Source: a virus
DNA length: 64,000 nt
Strand: one strand, 5' to 3'
IMG/VR virus record: IMGVR_UViG_3300031957_002411
Span: 32,001 to 96,000 of that record
Under the pieces are notes generated by a model. That model was not told where the DNA came from. It saw only the letters and a list, made by a program, of their open reading frames with translations, and ran no database searches. The translations under genes were made by a program, and so were the position numbers. Positions 47,918 through 56,900 of this stretch are shown here, one piece after another; the stretch's first letter is position 1; each line of letters begins with the position of its first letter.

Positions 47918-50900
47918 TTATGGACTTGGCGTTGTCGTAACACCACTAGAATATAAATTAAAACCAGATCCAGAGAATACTCCAGAAACCATATCTGGAA
48001 TGTTGCTAGCATATAGTCCCAATCCACTACTTAATACACGCCCTTCAGCTACTTCTGCGAATAAATTCATGGAACCACTAGCTACTGGAGGTCTTCCACT
48101 GGTGTATAGAGTGAAGTTTCTATTATCAATTGGAACTCCTCTGAACCTTTGTCCTGTTATTTCTTTTATAAATGGTCTGTGGACAACAAAGCCTCTTTGT
48201 GAAGGATCTTGACCAGATACTTCTAAGAATATCTCTCCCTCATTATTTGTATACAAAACTCCACTTGTTTCATGCTCTGTATTTAATCCACCGCTATTGT
48301 GAACTTCAAGATATATAAAATCACTAACGTTAGATGTTTGAGATCTATCTATGCCAGAATCACTATATATTCTAGCTTGTAAGAATATTCCGGTGTTGGC
48401 AGTTGTCTGGTCTGGGACTCTCAATATACCATCACTAACATACGCAGCGCCAGCGTCTAGCCCCATCGTAAATGTTGTATGATTACCACTAGTCGCAAAC
48501 TTATGATGAGGAGATCCTACAGCAAATATGTAATCACTATCTGATGTCTTATCTCTAGAGACAGACAAAGCTTTACCAAAGTAATCATTTTCAGATCCAG
48601 ATGCAGATACTGTCTTTTGCAATCTAGAATTGTAACCCTGTGGTACGAGTTTCTGTACCAGCTGCCAATCTTTAGTTCTGCTATCCCAATCACTTACTGC
48701 GTCTTCATAGACAAAAACTGCTCCATTATTAAGAACAGCTGTTACTCCACTGCCACCTAGAGCATACTCATGCCTTACGCCCGACTCACCCATGTCATAT
48801 ATATTTCTTTCAGGTATATCAATAGAAGCAGAGAACGCTTTATGATTAAATGCTCCACTTGCTTCACCTCCCCTAGAGAATATCATTTCCTCAAAATTAG
48901 GGAAGTCATGCCCCGGCGCTCCAACAGCAAGTACATCATCACGGAAATCAACTGAATAACCAAATTGATCAGTTACTCTAGTAAGATGATCTAGCTCTCC
49001 AGAAGTGTAAGCGTGATTACCCAAATGCAAAGAACCAGATGCAAGCTCTACATCAAATATATCTTGACCAACATTAATACTCGTAGGTCTAAACTTACGA
49101 ACTACGTTCCAACTCTTACTACTTCCACCAACTACACCGTAATCACTCAAGGTTCTAGTTCCACGCTCGTACAAGAATGCAGAACCAGCACCACCTCCAT
49201 AGCTAGTAATCGTTCCAGATATTGCTTCGTATCTAGGCGTGTTACCAGAAACAGCAGTCCAAGTAGTTGGAGTTTCTGAAGAGAAAGCAGCAAAAGGTGA
49301 ACCAACAACAAGTTTATTATCACGTATAGCTACAGAGTATCCAAACAAATCACCCGGATATCCAGAAGGTAATTTGTCAAAATCAAGATAATCATAACCT
49401 TTATCTTTGAGTAGTTGTGGCATCTGCCCATAGAATGCATCAGCATACATAGTGCCATCTATAATTCCACTAAACTTAGCAGTTCCCCCGTAGATATATT
49501 GTTCTTGATCAAATGATGCAATTTGTGCTTTTTTAAGAGCAGGTACTTGTTCGGGGCGAGGAGGAAGATCTGTTGGCAATATATACAATGGACTTTCACC
49601 AATATCAATATCTAAAATAGTAATAACATTTCCATTTCTTTCTGCTGCTGGATCAACATCATCCATGAAATTATTCATCTGTAATCCTGAAGTTGGAGTA
49701 GTTCCATCTCCAGCGAACCTAATCATTAACCCAGAATTACCAGTGGAGTTAAAGAGTTTTTGAGGACTAGATTGAACAGGGGCTTTGATTCTTGATATCA
49801 CATTGTAGGAATTGCCCTGATTTTCATCTGGGAAAACAGTGTCTGGATATAAACTATTTAGAAAATCAGCAACAGTGTCATGTATAACTCCATTTTCATT
49901 AGCAATCCTACTACCCTGAATTAGACTAGCATCAGTCAAAACAGTAATCCTAGACTTATCAACGCCAACATCAAAAGGTCTTTGGTGATATACTTCTTGG
50001 GCTGCTACAACTGGACCGTCATCAATTAAACCATCAGGATTTCTTTCAATAAATATTCCAGAACACTCAGTAGATGGACAGTATTTCATGCTATTTGTGC
50101 TGACAGGTCTTGATTCAGTGACTGTCGTAACTACTTCTGGAGTTCCCGGTATAATAATTTCTCTTTCACCAACCTTAACTGGAACTGGTGTAAGTTTTAC
50201 ATCAGAAGGTAGTAAAGCTCCAGAAATTCCAACAATACGTGTTGTAGATGGATTGAAGCTTAATGATTGAGCCTGTTCTAAAGTATAGTTAATCTTATTT
50301 GCATCCATGTAAATGGTAATTTCATTAACATCAATAGCAGTAGTACCATCTCCACTTGGGATATAAATATTTATTGATTCATGATTTACTGACCCATCAA
50401 ACTGAAACTCTCTTTGTCTTGGAGTAAATGCGTTAATATCATACTTTTGCTGCTCAGATCTAGTCTTATGTATACGAGCGCCAATAAAGTCATTAGCAAC
50501 AGTTCTAAATTCATTGTGTTGAGGATTGCCCGGAATATGAATAACGTCTTTTATTTCTACATTTGAACCACTTGCTTGTGCGCCATATCTTCTATCGCAA
50601 TTACTAATTAAGAAATTGGTTTGTAATTTTTCATTAAAGTTTGCAGATATAGTATCAACGAATACTCTATAACCAGAACCAGCTAGAACAGGGAATGTTA
50701 CGGAGGCAACACCTGTCTTCAAATATGGCACATCAATTATTTCAATGAAGTCATCAGTTATATTATGTATATCATTACTGTTTCTACTTTGTGAACTAAG
50801 TAAAGCAGTGCCTCCAGATCTTATATCAACGCAAACTAAAGAACCTAAAGGAATATCTCGAATCTCAGCAATAGTATTATTGCTAATCCTTCCATATGCA

Positions 50901-53900
50901 TTTTTTAATTCAATAGAACCTTTCAAATCTGAGTATGCAAACATTTCAGTAGACGGAGTGGTGCTTCCCTGTAGCGTAACTCCATTTGGAAGTCTAAAGT
51001 CTGTTACATCTGCGTACTTACCTCTAGCTTCTAATAATAAAGGTTTAATATTTATACCTAAACTATTTGCAATTTTCTCAACAGCTCGTATCCTATCAAT
51101 ACTAACTGATGATTCATTGCTACTACTACGACCTAAAGTAATATATAATTTTTTATTATTTGTTGAAAGCCATTCTTTAATAAATCCCATCTCTCTGTTA
51201 AACACTGTATCACTTATGGGATCACCATTATCGTCTAGCAGTGTCGGATTAGCAATCCAAGCAGCTTGATAATGATCGTTGTCTACATAAAATTTAAATG
51301 TTGTAATAGTATCTAATTTTCCGTCAGAAGGTATAGAGGCTTCAAGTAAAGCATCTAAGATAGACTCTTCTCTAGCTTCAAAGAATGAGTCAGTTCCTGT
51401 CCAATCAGCAATGAAAGCGAAGTCTTTTAGTCTCTCTGTTTCACTTCCAACCTCGTAAAGAAGATTGTCATAGAATAAAACATGTCTATCGTCACGACCA
51501 CTAAATATAAATGATCTTAGCTCTGTCTCAGTAGTGCCAATTAATATTACCTCTGACGAGCTTTCTGCATATTTTTCTTTAGCAGTTATTACCAAAGGCT
51601 GGATATTAACAGATGACCTCTTCTGTTCTTTTTCTGGATTGGATTCCCCTCTTAGAATATTAGTTTTATTAAACGATTGATCTGGAGTAGTTATAAATTT
51701 ACTAGGACTTGAAGTAGGCTGTATATTTAAATTAATACGCTTGTAATTATTTGAGTCAGCTGACCAGTAAAAAGCAGCCTCTTCAAAGGGATCATCTCCA
51801 AACACATCTTCAGATATAATTTCAGTACCCATTATATCTTCAATAATTATTTCATCTGGTGTAGCTGGTGTCACCTTCTCAAAACTAACATGTTCTGAAG
51901 CCACCATCAGAGGAATTGGCTCATAATTTATTAAAGTAGGAAATACTGGACAATCACCTTCACCAAGGCAACATCCATAATCAAGTTCATTAACAGTTCC
52001 AAACGCAAAAGCTAGATTAACTGGATATATGATAACTCCAAGACCTCTTGGGTCTTCACAAAAGTCATTCCATTCTGCTCTAAGGTCTCCACCGTGTTGA
52101 GGTATCATATTACATCTACTGTTTAGATCTGCATAACTTGGAAAATCTCCTATTTCTGGAATGCCAAGAATATTCTTTCTTTCTTCACAAGTATATGCTT
52201 CGTATATACCGGGGTAATTTAGTTTTATATCACCCACGCCTGATGCGTAAAGATCAGTACTAAGAACATAAGTTGATGTAGTATTTCTAGGAACAAAGGA
52301 TGGTATTACATTTGGTTCATTTTCATTGAATTCTTGGTCATCAAGTCTATTCGACCCAATCATAGATTCAAACGAATTTCTAGCAGGAACAATCGTCATT
52401 CTAGAATCTAATCGTTGAAGAATCTTATTTATTATTGCAGTGCCTTCTGCGTAAATCCCATTACCTTCAAATCTAGGATCATCAGCGACAAGAACTAAAT
52501 GTCTATCACCAAGACCCAACCAATCTTGTATGTTGTCTAAAACTTCATCACTTAGTGCATCTATTTCTGGAGTTATTATAAATGCTAATCCTGCGTCATT
52601 AGGAATGTCAACTTCACTCTCTGGCAGTCTAGTAAATGTTTTGGAATTTGAAGCAAAAATCTGCGACATGTGATCAAACAGATTAGCACCTTGTGATTCA
52701 ATATTTACAGATCTATGTTTGTTACCAAACAAAGTAAACTCTACAGCTTTATTGTTGTGCGGATAGTATCTTCTAGATTCAAAAACAGTTACAGAACCAG
52801 CATTAACACTATTGTACCATTGACTTTTAATATGTGTTACGTGATTGTAGTTAGTTTGTGGCCTCCACCATAGATCAATTAATCTAAGTGGATCGCCAGT
52901 ACCTATGTCGTCATGTAAAACGCTATCAGTTGGCGCACCAGCTGCTACTATACTACCATCCTCGTTAACTGCAACACTGTAGCCTAGCCTTGGAGTAGGA
53001 GCAAACTTATTAAACAACCAGCTCCATTCACCTCCCGGTTTTATTTCTGAATACTTATATTCTTTTATTAAATCATAACAATGTATATTATTATCTCTAC
53101 GTAACTGCAATTTACCACTTGGTGTTAATTCATCATACACAGCATTGTCAGCAACACTATTACTACCTGCCTCGCTTTGAAGACTTTGCCACCTTCTAAG
53201 CATGGTTCTCAAGTATCCCGTTGGATTGTCATTAGACCCAACATCAGAAAGCCAACTACCCACATAAGGTCTTGGATCTACGTAATTTTTTTGCCATATT
53301 TGAACTGCTTCATTAATATAAGGAGAGCCAATAGCAATAACATTTGCATCATCACTAATTGCAACAGCGTGTCCAAATCTATCTACCGTATTATTATTTA
53401 ATGTTGTTGGAGAATAAATCTCATCTATGATATTCCATCCAGAAACTCCATCATTATTTTCTTCTTCAAAAACAACAACTACACCACCACTAGGTGGAGC
53501 TACATTGAATGTAGCAGCATCAACGTCGAAGTTACCTATAAAGTTAGCAAACAATTCAAAATCTCTAGAATTTTTCATTCTATCTAAATCTAAAGTTTGA
53601 CGCAACAATTCATTGGAAAGATCTATCCACCTTTCTCCTCCAAGCTCTCTATTTGTAAACTCAGTTGTAGCTCCAGATCTAGGAGTTCCACCTATGTCTG
53701 TCACACCACTAGCAAGAGAGTATTCTGCATACCAATCTTTAAATCTATCGAATGAAGCACCTAGTTTTCCTGCTCCCATAGAAAAGCTATCATCAATAAT
53801 AGCAGAAACAATTACAGGTATATTATTGTTTGGTTTTGTTGCATCATACTTGAATACGCCACTCTCTGCACCGTGGAAGATTTGTTTTAGTTGTTCAAGC

Positions 53901-56900
53901 ATTTTGTCATCTGTAGCTTGCCATCCACCAGTTTGATTGTTATCAGTTCGTTTGTGATTATTAATCTCAAACTTGAACACTGTTCCATCTGCTTCTGGAT
54001 CTATAAATTCGTTAGGATCTGCATTAGCGTCATCCAAAACAGGCTCAACTACAATAATCTTAGGATCTATTTTAACAGCAGGATCACAATAGAACTTATA
54101 TAGTAAATCATGTTCTTCAATGACAGATAGAACATCACGCCATGTTTGCGTAATAGGATGTCCACCCGGACCACGGAATGTGCGCTCTTGCACAAATGGA
54201 GATGTAAAGACAAACAGGGCTACTTGTAAAGAATCTGGAACTGGGTCATCAAATCTTCTAGACCACTTACCGTTTGGCGCACCTGCAACAATAATAGGAC
54301 TGTTTCCAGAGCTAGACATGTCTAATGAATATCCTAGATTTCTACCTTCTTGGTTAAGCGTCCAGTTAGTCTGTATAGCAGCGAATGGAAGATCCCTCTG
54401 ATTGGCTGTCCCTTCATTCAATCTAGTAATGACGGATCTTGTCTTGCTATCTCTTCTCATTCCCTCTGGATAAGCCAGTTCTGTTACTAGAGAGAATCCA
54501 GATTTATCATCTTGCTCAGACCAATCAAAGCCGGTAGGTGCAGGATTTCTTTTGTACACAAATACTGAACCAGCTTCTCCAAGAGAATACGATCCAGTGA
54601 AATCGTGTACTTCACGATATGGCGCACCCACAAGTAAGTAGTTGCCCTTTGCTTTAACGGATGCTCCATATTCGTCACTGTAATCTCGACCAGAAGCTTC
54701 AGGAGTACTAACAACGCCAGAAGCTCCAGATATACCATCAGCAATTAACTTGATACCAGAGAAATTAACTTCATCATTAAACCCATACTCTATGCTCATT
54801 GATGCTGGAACACTTTTTCTGTCAGTGCCTCCAGACTTACCAAATATAGTCATTTCATAAGGAGAGTCAGGCACAAGTCCAGTATATTTTCTGATTCCAT
54901 AGAAGTGACCACTGTATCCTACATCTGTTTTAAAGCCACTAGTAGCTAGATTAGTATACAATCGTTTAGGTCTAAATATTCCAGCTTCTACACAATCATC
55001 ACCAAATGTTTCTCCGTGGATAGTAATTGGAGTCTCAGTTGCTCTTTCAAAATTGAAGTCACAGCTGCCAAATGCTGTCAAATCAACACCACGTATTTCA
55101 TCATTGGCTTCTAAATATGAATAATCAGTTTCATTTGCTAGAATACCTGTTCCAACATTTTCATTAGTCCAGTTGATGAAGTTGGAAGCATTGTCTGTAT
55201 TCGCCAAGAATGCGTAACTCATAGTTACAAGGTTTAGATTAGAAACTCCAGAAGGCACAACTCTAGAACCAATTACAAACAGAGGCATTTGATCTATATT
55301 TGTATCTTGTACTGGCTGTACTGTATTCTCAGTATACAGATTCATTAACTGTGTATCTGTAGTAGGATCTGGAATTGTACCATGTACGAATAAAGATTGT
55401 TGTTGATCTGTTTCGATCACGCCATCAGAGAATGAAAATAAACCTATACTACCAGATGGTGGCAGTGGTGTGATGTCCGTAGTGACAAATAAATTCATCT
55501 CAGAACGAGCATCCAACTCTATCTTACCACCAACAAAAAGACTAATAGCAGGATTATGAGTTTGTATATGTGGCTCATGACCAAATAATTCACCAATAGA
55601 ACCAAAAGAATTTAGACTTGGATCAAATGTTATACTTCCCTCGATGGTGCTAGTCACTAATGTCAAAGGTGGAATACTACCATTTATAGGATCGAGCGAT
55701 ACAATATTTGTACCAGAAGTGTAAAGATTAGCACTTCCACTAGCTACAGGAACAGCTTCACCGCTTGTGTATAGATTAAAGTTTCCAGAGTCTATGACAT
55801 GACTATTTACAAAGAACTCTATAGCTTGATTACGAATAGTGCGACCGTCAACATAGAAAGTAAATCCAGATTCAGGGATTATTATTCCAGAAGCCAAAGC
55901 CTCTTCAGCTCTAAGATTTACAGCATGTAATTTAAGATTAGATCTAAATGATGTGCCAGATGGATATGCTAAGTCATACTGAACAAACATTTCATCTAAA
56001 TCAAAATTGTAATATGCTTCAGTCTTTTCTCTATCAATTACATCGCTGTTGAAGTCAGCCCAAGGTTCTGAGTTGTCAATAAAATCTTCATAAGTGAAAG
56101 TACTGCTCAACTTTTGCCAGCAACCACTCTGCTCTAAGTAGTGTGCCTTACGATTTACTAAGCCATAATTACTTCTTTCAAGCTCACTGGTGTCGTTATA
56201 TTGTGGCGCATAAAGGCTAACAATTAACTTAGGACCAGTTGTTCCATCTGACCATGTAACATTATTATCAATGTCATGTTCCATTATGGTGTCAACAACT
56301 AATCCTCTTTGTGTAAAATCGTAACCTCTCGGTAAAGATTTAGATATTCTAGGTGTGACTGCGTAAAATCTATCACTATTGTCATCTCTTGGCACACTAA
56401 GATTAAATCTTAACATGTCATTTTCTATCTGAGAATGATAAGCTAAACCTGATACATTTATAGAGCCACTTGGTAAAGCAGTATCAGTCCTTTGAGTATA
56501 ACCACTACCATCATGAGATAGGTTAAAGATAACAAAATCCTTGCCTACTCTTGTTGTAAATCTATCAAACTCATGATTAAATTGACAAATCTTAAAGTCA
56601 CCCAAGTGCCACTTTTCAGTTTCATCGTTTACATATTCCCAGAAATTGTATTGTCGTTTATCGTAAGTAAGACTGCCACTATCAAATGGTACTTTAAGAG
56701 TCCTGAAGTAACCAGAGGCAGAGGTTTGCTGCATTACTCTAGATTGCTCAGACGGAATCAATCCTTGAACAATATTAGCACCACTAGCATTAAATCCACC
56801 TAAACCTATGTCTGTTATAAATGCGTTAATACCTATACCAGAACCATAAGAGTGACCAGCAATGATGTCGCTATTGCCTGATTGCATGACAAAGGTATTA

